Source of the DNA: an uncultured Deinococcaceae bacterium
Lineage (GTDB): Bacteria; Deinococcota; Deinococci; Deinococcales; Deinococcaceae
Length of the DNA: 64,000 nt
Direction: 5' to 3'
Assembly: GCA_964252075.1 (NCBI GenBank)
Contig: CAXULY010000001.1
Coordinates: 55,539-119,538 of the forward strand
The number at the start of each line of letters is the position of its first letter. Within the stretch, counting starts at the first letter, position 1. Below, one piece after another: positions 1 through 9,116 of the stretch. The translations under genes and the position numbers were made by a program. The notes below the pieces were generated by a model, which was not told where the DNA came from, did not search any database, and saw nothing but the letters and a program-made list of their open reading frames with translations.

Positions 1-265
1 CGATCTGCACGATCACGCCCTCGTCCAGCACCATCGGCTGGTGCGGCGTGAGGCGGCGGCCCGCGAGGTACGTCTCGCCGTTCCCGAGGTCCGTGATCAC
101 GAACTGCGCGTCCAGGCGCCGCACCTCCGCGTGCCGGATGGCGATGCTGGGGTGCGGCAGCGACAGGCCGTTGTCGGGCGTCCGCCCGATGGAGAGCAGG
201 TTCATGTCCAGGCTGAGCATCTTGACGGTCTCACCCTGGAGCTGCACGAAGAGCTGGTCGGCCAC
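1..265 (-). CDS. FHA-domain protein (5' part only, runs off window), CIS baseplate operon
   Basis: Not in ORF track. Manual translation from GTG 265 (alternative in-frame GTG 271): MADQLFVQLQGETVKMLSLDMNLLSIGRTPDNGLSLPHPSIAIRHAEVRRLDAQFVITDLGNGETYLAGRRLTPHQPMVLDEGVIVQI. Shows the FHA pattern IGR..DN...HA...DLG; starts 2 bp after the baseplate J stop. Confidence 0.75.
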   Translation of the reverse strand, partial: MADQLFVQLQGETVKMLSLDMNLLSIGRTPDNGLSLPHPSIAIRHAEVRRLDAQFVITDLGNGETYLAGRRLTPHQPMVLDEGVIVQI

Positions 266-267
266 CC

Positions 268-2283
268 TCACTCCACCGTGATGGTGTGCACGTCGGACAC
301 CACCAGGCCCTGCGGGGGGAGGAGCAGCTGCGCGCTGATCGGCTCGCGCGTCTCCATCTGGCCGGGCTCACTCAGAAACACCTGCACGTCCTCCACGAAG
401 TCCACGCCCGGCACGGTGCGCAGCAGGCTGTACAGCTCCGCGAGGTGCAGGGGCCGCCCGAACTCCCAGCCCTGGCGGTTCGCGCCGCCCGTGTGCGGGT
501 TCAGGTAGCGGTACAGCAGCGACTCCGCGGCGCGTTGCACGTCCACCCGGAAGGGCCGCGTGCTGCCCACCGGGACGCGCAGCTGCGCGTGCACGCTCAC
601 CCAGAAGAACTGCGGGCTGCGCACCTCCAGGGTGGTGCCCACCATGCGGCGCTCGTCAAGGTGCGTCTGCACGCTGGAGCGCAGCTCCGCACTGAGCGTC
701 AGCTGGTCCGGCGCGATGCGGCCGGGCCGCACCTCGATGGCCGGAAGCACCACCATCGTGACCTGACCGGGCTGCACGTCCAGCGCGCGGATCTGACCGG
801 GGAAGAACATCTCGGCGGCGCCGCCCGCGAGGTTCGGGGTGATGCAGCGCGAGCGCGCCACGCCCTCCACCTGCGCGGCGAGGAACTCGTAATCGTCGGC
901 GGTGACGGCGCGCGTGCGGGTGCGCAGCACGTGTGGGACGCGCACCACGGCGTCCTCCAGGGTTTGCGCGTTGCGGCCCCCCACGGCGGGCGCGTGGTTC
1001 GTGACGCGCGCGACGTACGGGATGCTGGCCTTCATGACGGTGATGGTGTGCGCGGGGACGTTGCCCTGCACGCCGCCGCCGTGGCAGTAGCGCAGCATGC
1101 GGAGCGTCGCGCCCTTGGGCGGCACGCCGCCGAAGCGGTACACCGTGCCGTCCGGCTGCAGCAGCGCCGGGCCGAAGGTCACGGTGCCGTCAATGTGGTC
1201 CAGCCTGAAGTTCAGGTCGCCGGGGCCGCTCTCCGCGAAGTCCTGCACGTAGCGCCACGCGCTGGTCGGCTCGCCCGTCTGCTCGCACACGATGGCGTCG
1301 CCGTCCTCCAGCCACAGCACGGGGCTGTTCAGCAGCTTGAAGCTCTGGCCGGGCGTGCCGTCGCTGCGCCCCAGCACCTCGCCGCGCACCACGACCGCGT
1401 GGCGCGCCGTCACCGACCCGCCGCGCGACTCCACCCGCAGGGACTCGATGTCCGGGGAGACCTTGTAGCCCGCGTAATTCTGCTCGCTCGTGATGCGGCA
1501 GCGCAGCCAGTACCCGCGCTGCCCGAAGAACTCCTCTTCGGCCATGGCGGGCACCCGCAGGATGATCTCGCCGGACACGTTGAAGGCGAGCGTGCCGTCG
1601 TACTCGACGGTGCAGGTCGCCCAGCGGTTCAGGCTGCCCTGCCACACCTCCCACACGAAGGGCGGTTCCTTGGGGTTCACGCCCGCACCGCCCGCCACCT
1701 CGCACGCCAGCATGAGCGCCATCACGTGCGCGCTGTGGTCATGCTCGAAGCACAGGTAGAAGGCGTCGCCCGCGACGGGCTCCGGGGAGAACACCGCGAT
1801 CTTATGCCCCAGCACGCCCAGGCGCTCCAGGTCGTGCTGCACCACCTCGCCCGCGCCGAGCGCGTTGCCGGTGAAGGCGCCGCGCAGGTGCGGCGGCGAG
1901 ATGGTCAGGTCCGCTTCCGTGGAGAACACGATGGCCTCACTGACCTCCGTGCGGACCGTCGCGACCTCCGTGCCCTCGTTGATGGTGATGGGTTCCGCCT
2001 GCGCCGCGGAGAGGTAGAAGGTGATGGGCGCGACCGCCGCGCGCGGCGGGTCGAGGTCCACGCCGATCATCTCCAGGAACTTCACGAACATCTTCTCCGG
2101 CACCTGGTTCACGCGGAAGAGCAGCAGGTCGGTCATCCACGCGAAGACCTCCAGCAGCGCGATGCCGGGGTCGCTGGTGTTGTGGTCCGTCCACTCGGGG
2201 CAGTACTGCGGGATCAGCTGGCGCGCCTGCGCGACGATGTCGTCGAAGCGGCGGTCGTCGAGGTTGACGGTCGGGAGCGGCAT
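268..2283 (-). CDS. CIS baseplate J-like wedge protein (Afp11/gp6-like)
   Basis: Start trimmed to MPLPTVNLDDRRF. Has WTDHNTSDPGIALLEVFAW and RTRAVTADDYE, typical of CIS baseplate assembly proteins; 671 aa. Confidence 0.92.
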   Translation of the reverse strand: MPLPTVNLDDRRFDDIVAQARQLIPQYCPEWTDHNTSDPGIALLEVFAWMTDLLLFRVNQVPEKMFVKFLEMIGVDLDPPRAAVAPITFYLSAAQAEPITINEGTEVATVRTEVSEAIVFSTEADLTISPPHLRGAFTGNALGAGEVVQHDLERLGVLGHKIAVFSPEPVAGDAFYLCFEHDHSAHVMALMLACEVAGGAGVNPKEPPFVWEVWQGSLNRWATCTVEYDGTLAFNVSGEIILRVPAMAEEEFFGQRGYWLRCRITSEQNYAGYKVSPDIESLRVESRGGSVTARHAVVVRGEVLGRSDGTPGQSFKLLNSPVLWLEDGDAIVCEQTGEPTSAWRYVQDFAESGPGDLNFRLDHIDGTVTFGPALLQPDGTVYRFGGVPPKGATLRMLRYCHGGGVQGNVPAHTITVMKASIPYVARVTNHAPAVGGRNAQTLEDAVVRVPHVLRTRTRAVTADDYEFLAAQVEGVARSRCITPNLAGGAAEMFFPGQIRALDVQPGQVTMVVLPAIEVRPGRIAPDQLTLSAELRSSVQTHLDERRMVGTTLEVRSPQFFWVSVHAQLRVPVGSTRPFRVDVQRAAESLLYRYLNPHTGGANRQGWEFGRPLHLAELYSLLRTVPGVDFVEDVQVFLSEPGQMETREPISAQLLLPPQGLVVSDVHTITVE

Positions 2284-2288
2284 GGGTC

Positions 2289-2708
2289 TTACCTCAGGGT
2301 GCCCGTCTCGACGGGCAGGCGGTAGAAGGGAAAGACCAGGGACTGCTCCACGTGGGTCTCCCGGATGCGGTAATCGATGCTGATCATGATGCGCTCGGGG
2401 TACGCGTCGTCGATGTTGGCGTCCACCTGCCGCACCTCGATGCGCGGCTCCCACGTGCGCAGCGCCTCATCCACGTAGTACGAGGCGAGGCCCAGGGTGG
2501 TCGCGTCGCTCGGCGCGAACATCAGTTCGTGAATCTGGCAGCCGTACTCGGGGCGCATCACGCGCTGCCCTTTGGGCGTCATGAGGATCATCAGGATGGA
2601 CTGCTCGACGGCGCGCACGCCGCTCACCAGCGCCACGCGCCCGCGCGCGTTGGTGCTGACGGGAAAGGCCCAGCCGGTGCCAAGGTGGTCGCTCACATCT
2701 TCTCCCAT
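2289..2708 (-). CDS. GPW/gp25 family baseplate protein (sheath initiator)
   Basis: GTGWAFP...ILMTPKGQRVMRPEYGC...WEPRI...LVFPFY signature. True start may be GTG 2696. Confidence 0.92.
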   Translation of the reverse strand: MGEDVSDHLGTGWAFPVSTNARGRVALVSGVRAVEQSILMILMTPKGQRVMRPEYGCQIHELMFAPSDATTLGLASYYVDEALRTWEPRIEVRQVDANIDDAYPERIMISIDYRIRETHVEQSLVFPFYRLPVETGTLR

Positions 2709-2857
2709 GCGGCGCGGCGCGCCCGAAGTGCATTCCTAGAGTGGATGGTCCTGAAAGATGTGTTCCGGGTAAGTGCGGCAGGAAGTCCGTTCAATGTAGC
2801 GGCTGAGCCTGTGCCCTGTGTGTGGAGCGCAACACGCCCCTGAGGGCCGGCCCACAC

Positions 2858-4912
2858 TCACGCGCGCCCCCAGCCGTCGAAGCTGCGGTCGTTCAGGGTG
2901 AGCCGCCCGAGCTTGCGCCATTCCGCCGTGATGGCGCCCTGCAGCATCTCCATGCTGAGGCGCTCCCCGCGCGCCGCCGCCATGAACGCCGCCGTGAGCG
3001 CCACGCTGCGGATGTTGCCGCCCGCCAGCTTCACCTGCGCGAGCTGGTCGAAATCCACGCCCGACAGGTCCATCTGCGGGGGGAAGGCGCGCAGCCAGAT
3101 GCGCTTGCGTTCCGGCGCCTCGGGCGGGCGGAAGTTCAGCACGAAGCGGATGCGGCGCATGAACGCCACGTCCATGCTGCTCTCCAGGTTCGTGGTGAGA
3201 ACCGCGAGGCCCGAGTAACTTTCCATGCGCTGCAGGAGGTAATTCACCTGGATGTTCGCGTAGCGGTCGTGCGCGTCTTTCACGTCGCCGCGCTTCCCGA
3301 ACAGCGAGTCCGCCTCGTCGAACAGCAGGATCACGCCGCCGTCATCCGCCGCGTCAAAGATCTTCTTGAGGTTCTTCTCGGTCTCGCCGATGTACTTGCT
3401 GACCATGCTGGAGAGGTCAATGCGGTACAGGTCCAGTTTCAGCGCGGACGCGATCACTTCCGCCGCGAGGGTCTTGCCGGTGCCGCTCGGCCCGGAGAAC
3501 AGGGCGCTGATGCCCAGCCCGCGCGCGTTCCGGCCCATGCCCCAGGCCTCGTACACCTGCGCGCGGTGCCGCACCTGCTCCACCACCTGCTGAATGAGCG
3601 CGAGGTCGCCTGGCGGCAGGATCAGGTCGTCCCACGTGACGTTCCCCGCGAGGCGCTCCGCGAGCCGCCCGACCTTCTGACGCCCCGCGAGGCGGCACGC
3701 CTCCCACGCGGCCTCCAGCTTCGCGCCGTCCACGGCGCCGCTCTGCCCGTGCTTTACGCCCTGTGCGAGGCTCCCGATGGCGCTGGCGTTCAGGTCGAAC
3801 TGGTCGGTGAGCTGCGCGAGTTCCGGCGCGCCGTCCGTCGTGAGGCCGAGCGCCTGCACCCACAGCTGGCGCTGCTCGGGCCGCGTGGGTTTCTGCACCT
3901 CCACTGCCAGCACCGGGCGCTGGCCGGGCAGCACCAGCGGCTCCTCAACCAGCAGCACCAGGGGGCCCTGCAACTGCGCCACCACCGACGCCAGCAGCTT
4001 CTCGAGTTTCGCGGTCGGCCAGCGCTCGGGGTTAACGTCCAGGTCGCCCAGGCGCGCCTCCAGAATCACGGAGAGGCCGTGCAGCTGCGTCTCGCGCGCC
4101 CACAGCGTGAGGTCGCGCGAGACGGGCGCGTCGTCTTCCAGGAACGCCGCGAAGTTCAGGTGCAGCATGGGGCGCCCCAGGTGCGGCAGCAGCGCGTGCG
4201 CGACCTCCGCCTGCCCGCGCGCGTCCCGTCCGTGCAGCTGCACGATGGCGCGCGGGTCCTGCTGCAGGTGCCCGAGCGCCTCCAGCGCCCGCTCGCGTTG
4301 CGTGTCCGAGAGCAGCACGCGGTCCACGCCGCTGCCCAGGTAGCGCGCGAGGCGCGGGTTCAGGCGGTCGTCCCCGAAGATGAACGCCAGGATGGACGGG
4401 TCGAGCGTGAGGGCCGCGAGGCTGTGCCCGTCGCGGCCCTCGCGGCGCTGCATGAGCTGCCAGCGCAGCAGCGGCGCGTCGTCCGTGAGGGCGCGCGGGT
4501 CGCCGTCGAACCAGGACAGCGCGAGGTGGCGCGTCACGGCGCCCGACTCCGCGACGTCCGGCGCGTCGTGGAAGGCCGCCGCGAGGCGCCGCAGGCGCAG
4601 CGGGTGCGCCTCCGCGATCAGGCCCAGCATCAGCACCGCGCGCTCGAAGGCGGTCAGGGCGAAGGTCTGCGCGAGGACCGAGAAGCGCGACTGCCCGTCA
4701 TCGAGGGGGTTGTGCAGGCCGCCGTCGCTGCTGCGGCCCTCCAGCCGTGCCTCCAGGCGCTCCAGGAAGGCCAGCAGCGCGTCCGACACGCCCGCCGCGT
4801 CCCAGCTGGGTGGGGGTGCGGGTGTCGCTTCACGCTTCGCGCCCGTCCGGCTGGGCGAGCGGGTGTTCGGCTTGGCGTCCGGGGTGGTGGAGTTCGCGGC
4901 GGCTCTGGGCAT
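2858..4912 (-). CDS. CIS-associated AAA+ ATPase (Afp15/Pvc15-like)
   Basis: Walker A GPSGTGKT, SKYIGETEKNL, Walker B LLFDEAD, DRYAN and AFMRR motifs. Upstream AAA-like module has a degenerate P-loop; lies in the tail gene cluster. Confidence 0.9.
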   Translation of the reverse strand: MPRAAANSTTPDAKPNTRSPSRTGAKREATPAPPPSWDAAGVSDALLAFLERLEARLEGRSSDGGLHNPLDDGQSRFSVLAQTFALTAFERAVLMLGLIAEAHPLRLRRLAAAFHDAPDVAESGAVTRHLALSWFDGDPRALTDDAPLLRWQLMQRREGRDGHSLAALTLDPSILAFIFGDDRLNPRLARYLGSGVDRVLLSDTQRERALEALGHLQQDPRAIVQLHGRDARGQAEVAHALLPHLGRPMLHLNFAAFLEDDAPVSRDLTLWARETQLHGLSVILEARLGDLDVNPERWPTAKLEKLLASVVAQLQGPLVLLVEEPLVLPGQRPVLAVEVQKPTRPEQRQLWVQALGLTTDGAPELAQLTDQFDLNASAIGSLAQGVKHGQSGAVDGAKLEAAWEACRLAGRQKVGRLAERLAGNVTWDDLILPPGDLALIQQVVEQVRHRAQVYEAWGMGRNARGLGISALFSGPSGTGKTLAAEVIASALKLDLYRIDLSSMVSKYIGETEKNLKKIFDAADDGGVILLFDEADSLFGKRGDVKDAHDRYANIQVNYLLQRMESYSGLAVLTTNLESSMDVAFMRRIRFVLNFRPPEAPERKRIWLRAFPPQMDLSGVDFDQLAQVKLAGGNIRSVALTAAFMAAARGERLSMEMLQGAITAEWRKLGRLTLNDRSFDGWGRA

Positions 4913-4942
4913 GGGGCACCTGCATTCGGGGTGAGGCGGAGG

Positions 4943-5767
4943 TCAGCGCAGCGTGACCAGCGGGGTGCCGGGCGTGGTGTTCACGAGCGTCCATTCGTCG
5001 CGGCCCGGCGCGCGCACCAGCAGCTGACGCACCTGGCTGTGCGCCTGGTCTAGGTAGAACGCGCCGCCCTCCTGGCTGACGCTCAGGCCCGCGCGGTCCG
5101 GGAGGCGCACGTCCGCGCCGATGATGGGCTGCCCATCCGGGTCCAGCAGGCGCCACGCCGTGCGCCGGAAGCCGGTGGCGACGTCGTCGTCCCCAATCTG
5201 CCGGAAGCGCACGCTCTGGTCCAGCACCAGGGGCCGCAGGTACTCGATGTTCAGGTCGAGCGGCACGGTCAGCACGTAATGCAGGCCGGGGCGGGGCGCG
5301 GCACCCAGGTTCCCCCAGATGTCGCTGGGGCGGGGCGCGCCCTCCGGGTAGCACGCGACGCCCTGAATGGGGGTGTCGAGTTCGCGCGCCTCGGGCGGCA
5401 GGTAGGCGTCCGGCCAGTCGCTGTTGCGCATGAGGGTGGCGAGCACCCGCCACAGCACCAGCCACTCTTGCTCGTCCAGTTCGTTCAGTTGCGACTTGAA
5501 GAACACGTTGATGACGTACTTCAGGTCAATGCGCCGGGGCCGCAGGCGCTGCACCTCGCGCAGGTCGCCACGGCGCGTCTCGAACTCACTCATGCGCAGG
5601 CGCAGGTTCTCGGAGATGTCGTACAGGTAGAAGTTCAGGGTGGGGCGGTTCACGGAGGACGCCCACTCGCGCGTGGGCACCGCGAAGCTGATGTCCAGCT
5701 CGTCCTCGGGGAGCTGGCCGTCGCGGTACAGCAGCTGCTTCAGGGCCTCGTGCAGGGAACCGATCAC
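4943..5767 (-). CDS. DUF4255/Pvc16(Afp16)-like tail terminator/cap protein with C-terminal extension
   Basis: ISFAVPTREW...PTLNFYLYDISENLRLR...IWGNLG..PRPGLHYVLTVP. Start placed at GTG 5767, just after the PAAR stop. Confidence 0.85.
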   Translation of the reverse strand: MIGSLHEALKQLLYRDGQLPEDELDISFAVPTREWASSVNRPTLNFYLYDISENLRLRMSEFETRRGDLREVQRLRPRRIDLKYVINVFFKSQLNELDEQEWLVLWRVLATLMRNSDWPDAYLPPEARELDTPIQGVACYPEGAPRPSDIWGNLGAAPRPGLHYVLTVPLDLNIEYLRPLVLDQSVRFRQIGDDDVATGFRRTAWRLLDPDGQPIIGADVRLPDRAGLSVSQEGGAFYLDQAHSQVRQLLVRAPGRDEWTLVNTTPGTPLVTLR

Positions 5768-5769
5768 GG

Positions 5770-6042
5770 CTAGCCGATCACCACGGTGGCTTGGGTGGCG
5801 ATAAGGATAGCGCCGCACGCGAGCGTGTCGCCCTGCCGCGCGGCGGGCAGGCCCTCAATGAGCACCGTGGCGGATCCCGTGGCGATCACCTGGGGGCCGT
5901 GACCGGCGGCGGGCGGCGGTTCGCTGTGCGCGTCACTCACGCGGGCGGCGGGCAACCCGGCGATGGTGACGGTGGTCGCGCCGCTCGTCACCACGCCAGC
6001 ATGAGCGCCGGGATCACCGACGCGGATGGCAGGTCCGGACAT
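5770..6042 (-). CDS. PAAR-domain spike tip protein
   Basis: Repeated PAIR/PAAR/PAAR motifs with His/His/His/Cys candidate metal ligands; 90 aa from MSGPAIRVGD. Confidence 0.92.
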   Translation of the reverse strand: MSGPAIRVGDPGAHAGVVTSGATTVTIAGLPAARVSDAHSEPPPAAGHGPQVIATGSATVLIEGLPAARQGDTLACGAILIATQATVVIG

Positions 6043-6347
6043 GCCGTCACTCTGGCGCACCAAGGCGGGTCGCGCAAGTCCGTCTGCGCAGCGGCCTCAC
6101 CGCAGTCCTTATGGCTTTCGCCGGGCGTTCGCAGGCGGTCTCATCTTCCCGTTAAGCCTCCCGCGCGAAAGCCGCTCCACTCATTTTTGGGGGCCCGCAC
6201 CGGCCCCCCATGAATGCCCGCTGAAGTCGCACTTCAGGGCCAGCCGCCGCGATCATTCAATATGAAACAGTCGCACACGTCATTCATTTAAGCTCATGAG
6301 CCTCAAATTTGATTGAAATGAACCATGTATTTGAAAACTGGGGCTGA

Positions 6348-6376
6348 TTGACGCCTGACGCACCGCCCGCTAGTGT
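6348..6376 (+). promoter_or_regulatory. sigma70-type promoter for the sheath/tube operon
   Basis: TTGACG (6348-6353), 17-bp spacer, TAGTGT (6371-6376), about 120 bp upstream of the sheath start, downstream of an AT-rich tract. Confidence 0.65.
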
Positions 6377-6495
6377 CGGCATAAGCGCAGCGTGAATGAC
6401 AAGCAAACGAAGGCTTCAGGTGCGCCGTACACCCCCAACCCGCCCTCGTCCTCCCGTCACCGATTCACATCCAGCCCCAGACAAGGTGGTCCTGC

Positions 6496-8082
6496 ATGCC
6501 CGAGTATCTGTCGCCAGGCGTTTACATCGAAGAGACCTCGTCCGGTCCACGTCCCATCGAGGGCATCAGCACCACGACGGCCGCCTTCATCGGATTTGCC
6601 GCGAACGGACCGGCGAACACCCCGGTGTTCATCGCCAACTGGACGCAGTACCTGGAGAACTTCGCCGCGCGTGACGCCGACGGCACCTACCAGGCGTACC
6701 TGGACGGCGCCTACCTCGCGCACTCCGTCTACGGCTACTTCAACAACGGCGGTACGCGCTGCTACGTGACGCGCCTCGTGCCGCCCCAGAAGGACGCCAA
6801 GACCGGCAAGACGGTCGACATGCCCAAGACCCTGCAGCTCCCGGCGCGCGCCTCCAAGGCCGTGTCGTCCCTGACCATCGGCTCCAAGGGCAGCCCCACC
6901 AGCGACATCAGCGTGGACATCCAGCCGCCCGCCCCGACCGAGCAGGAACCCAACCCGCAGGAAGGTACGTTCACCATCCGCGTGAAGCAGGACAACCACG
7001 AGGAAGTCTTCGACAACGTCTCCATCGCCAAGAAGCACCCCCGCAACGTCGCGGAGGTCATCAACCAGCAGAGCACCCTCATTGAGGTGGTGGAGCAGAG
7101 CACCGTCGGTTCCCTCGCGGAGCGCACCCCGGAGTTCGGGAACTTCGTCATTCACTCCACCATGACGCCCACCGACGGTGGCCTCATGGTGAAGAGCAAC
7201 GACTTCATCGGCAGCGTCCACGACCGCAGCGGCATCGACGGCATGGAAGTCGCCGAGGACGTCAGCATGATCTGCGCGCCGGACCTCATGAGCGCCTACC
7301 AGAATGGCCTCCTCGACGAGATGGGCGTCAAGGCCGTGCAGCGCGCCATGATCGACCACTGCGAGCGCAACCACAACCGCATCGCGATCCTCGACCCGCT
7401 GCCCGACCTGAACCCGCAGCAGGTGAAGCGCTGGCGCGAGCACGAGACGAACTTCGACTCCAGCTACGCCGCCGTGTACTACCCGTGGATCAAGATCAAC
7501 GGCCCGGACGGCAAGCCGCTCCTCGTGCCGCCCAGCGGGCACGTCGCGGGCATCTACGCTCGCAACGACGTGGAGCGCGGCGTGCACAAGGCGCCCGCCA
7601 ACGAGGTGGTGCGCGGCGCGCTCGACCCCGCCATGCAGATCACCAAGAGCGAACAGGACATCCTGAACCCCATCGGCGTGAACTGCATCCGCACCTTCAC
7701 TGGCATGGGCATCCGCGTGTGGGGCGCGCGCACCCTCTCCAGCGACGCCCGCTGGCGCTACGTGTCCGTGCGGCGCCTGTTCAACTACGTGGAGAAGAGC
7801 ATCGAGCGCGGCACCCAGTGGGCGGTGTTCGAGCCGAACGACGACGAGCTGTGGGCGAAACTCCGCCGCGACGTCACGGCCTTCCTGACCATCGTGTGGC
7901 GCAGCGGCGCGCTGTTCGGCAAGACCGCCGGCGAGGCCTTCTACGTGAAGTGCGACGCCGAACTGAACACCCCGGAAGTGCGCGACCTCGGCATGGTGTT
8001 CATCGAGATCGGCATCGCGCCCGTGAAGCCCGCCGAGTTCGTGATCTTCAAGTTCAGCCAGTACGCCGGCGGCGGCTCCTGA
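6496..8082 (+). CDS. Contractile tail sheath protein
   Basis: MPEYLSPGVYIEE start, AAVYYPWI, PPSGHVAGIYARND..RGVHKAPAN, VWGARTLS, QWAVFEPND, APVKPAEF. Confidence 0.97.
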   Translation: MPEYLSPGVYIEETSSGPRPIEGISTTTAAFIGFAANGPANTPVFIANWTQYLENFAARDADGTYQAYLDGAYLAHSVYGYFNNGGTRCYVTRLVPPQKDAKTGKTVDMPKTLQLPARASKAVSSLTIGSKGSPTSDISVDIQPPAPTEQEPNPQEGTFTIRVKQDNHEEVFDNVSIAKKHPRNVAEVINQQSTLIEVVEQSTVGSLAERTPEFGNFVIHSTMTPTDGGLMVKSNDFIGSVHDRSGIDGMEVAEDVSMICAPDLMSAYQNGLLDEMGVKAVQRAMIDHCERNHNRIAILDPLPDLNPQQVKRWREHETNFDSSYAAVYYPWIKINGPDGKPLLVPPSGHVAGIYARNDVERGVHKAPANEVVRGALDPAMQITKSEQDILNPIGVNCIRTFTGMGIRVWGARTLSSDARWRYVSVRRLFNYVEKSIERGTQWAVFEPNDDELWAKLRRDVTAFLTIVWRSGALFGKTAGEAFYVKCDAELNTPEVRDLGMVFIEIGIAPVKPAEFVIFKFSQYAGGGS

Positions 8083-8161
8083 ACCCCCTTGCAGCCTGAC
8101 ACGCAGCCGTTAGACTCAGCGTGAACCTCACCCACCGCCCGCACTCACAGGAGGACCGAGC

Positions 8162-8608
8162 ATGACCGTACCGCACAAAGACCCGTTGGTGGCCGCCTAC
8201 TTCGCCGTTGATTTCCAGAACGGGGTGCAGGGCGCCTTCCGCGAATGCACCGGCCTGGGCTCGGAGAGCCAGGTCGTGGAGTACCGCGCGACCGACGAGC
8301 GCGGCAAGCCCGTGCTGATCCGCGAGCCCGGCACCATGAAGTACACGGACATCACCCTCAAGCGCGGCATCACGGACAGCATGGACATGTGGCAGTGGCG
8401 CCGTCAGGTTGAGGACGGCGACATCGAGGGCGCGCGCCGCAGCGGCACCATCACGCTGTACAACCAGCGCGGCGAAGCCATCGCCCGCTGGACCTTCGAG
8501 CGCGCGTGGCCGCAGAAGCTCAACGGCCCCACGTACGACGCCAAGACCAACGAAGTCGCCATCGAGGAACTCACCATCACCCACGAAGGCTACAAGCGCG
8601 TGCAGTAA
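8162..8608 (+). CDS. Tail tube protein 1 (T4 gp19-like)
   Basis: FRECTGLG.E..V.EYR...PG..KY.DITLKRG...W.F..AWP.K..GP......EVAIEELTI.HEG; AGGAGG RBS. Confidence 0.95.
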   Translation: MTVPHKDPLVAAYFAVDFQNGVQGAFRECTGLGSESQVVEYRATDERGKPVLIREPGTMKYTDITLKRGITDSMDMWQWRRQVEDGDIEGARRSGTITLYNQRGEAIARWTFERAWPQKLNGPTYDAKTNEVAIEELTITHEGYKRVQ

Positions 8609-8618
8609 CGCGGGACGC

Positions 8619-8641
8619 GGGGGCGGCGTGTCGCCGCCCCC
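8619..8641 (+). other. Intercistronic GC hairpin after tube 1
   Basis: GGGGGCGGCG-tgt-CGCCGCCCCC, perfect 10-bp stem, no U-tract. Confidence 0.55.
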
Positions 8642-8660
8642 ACCCCGCCAGGAGACGGCC

Positions 8661-9116
8661 GTGACCGCCAATGCGCTGCCCACCCAATTTGAATTCACGC
8701 TGCCGCTCGGCCTGACCGACGCGGCAGGTCGCGTTCACCGCCGCGGCGTCATGCGCCTCGCCACCGCCCTCGACGAAGTCGAACCGCTCGGCGACGCCCG
8801 CGTCAAGGACAACGAGGCCTTCCTCGGCATCCTGCTCCTCAGCCGCGTCACGCTGCGCCTCGGCGACTACGCACCCGTCGGGCCCGACATGATCGCCGCG
8901 CTGTACGCCAGCGACTTCGCGTACCTGCAGAGCGTGTACGCCGCCGTGAACGCCCCCGGCCCGAACGCGCTGCCCACCGCGCTGCCCGCCCAGGGGAGCC
9001 CCACCGCCACGCTGCCCAGCAGCCTGGAGACGGTGTGCCCGCACTGCGGCACCGAACTCATCCTTGACCTCGATCCCCCCACCGACCACCGCACCGAGGA
9101 GGCGTACCGCGCATGA
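8661..9116 (+). CDS. CIS tail-assembly-chaperone-like protein
   Basis: GTG start after GGAG. FEFTLP.G..D..G.VHR.G.MRLATA.DE...LLSRV...DFAYLQ..Y and C-terminal CPHC; positioned directly after the tube gene as in actinobacterial CIS loci. Confidence 0.78.
   Translation: MTANALPTQFEFTLPLGLTDAAGRVHRRGVMRLATALDEVEPLGDARVKDNEAFLGILLLSRVTLRLGDYAPVGPDMIAALYASDFAYLQSVYAAVNAPGPNALPTALPAQGSPTATLPSSLETVCPHCGTELILDLDPPTDHRTEEAYRA

Noticed and set aside
9068..9116. Programmed -1 frameshift fusing the chaperone-like gene to the 57-aa ORF (lambda G/GT style) at the C6 run
   Set aside because: The -1 frame is open over this stretch, but there is no canonical in-frame slippery heptamer and the small ORF has its own strong RBS and ATGA coupling.
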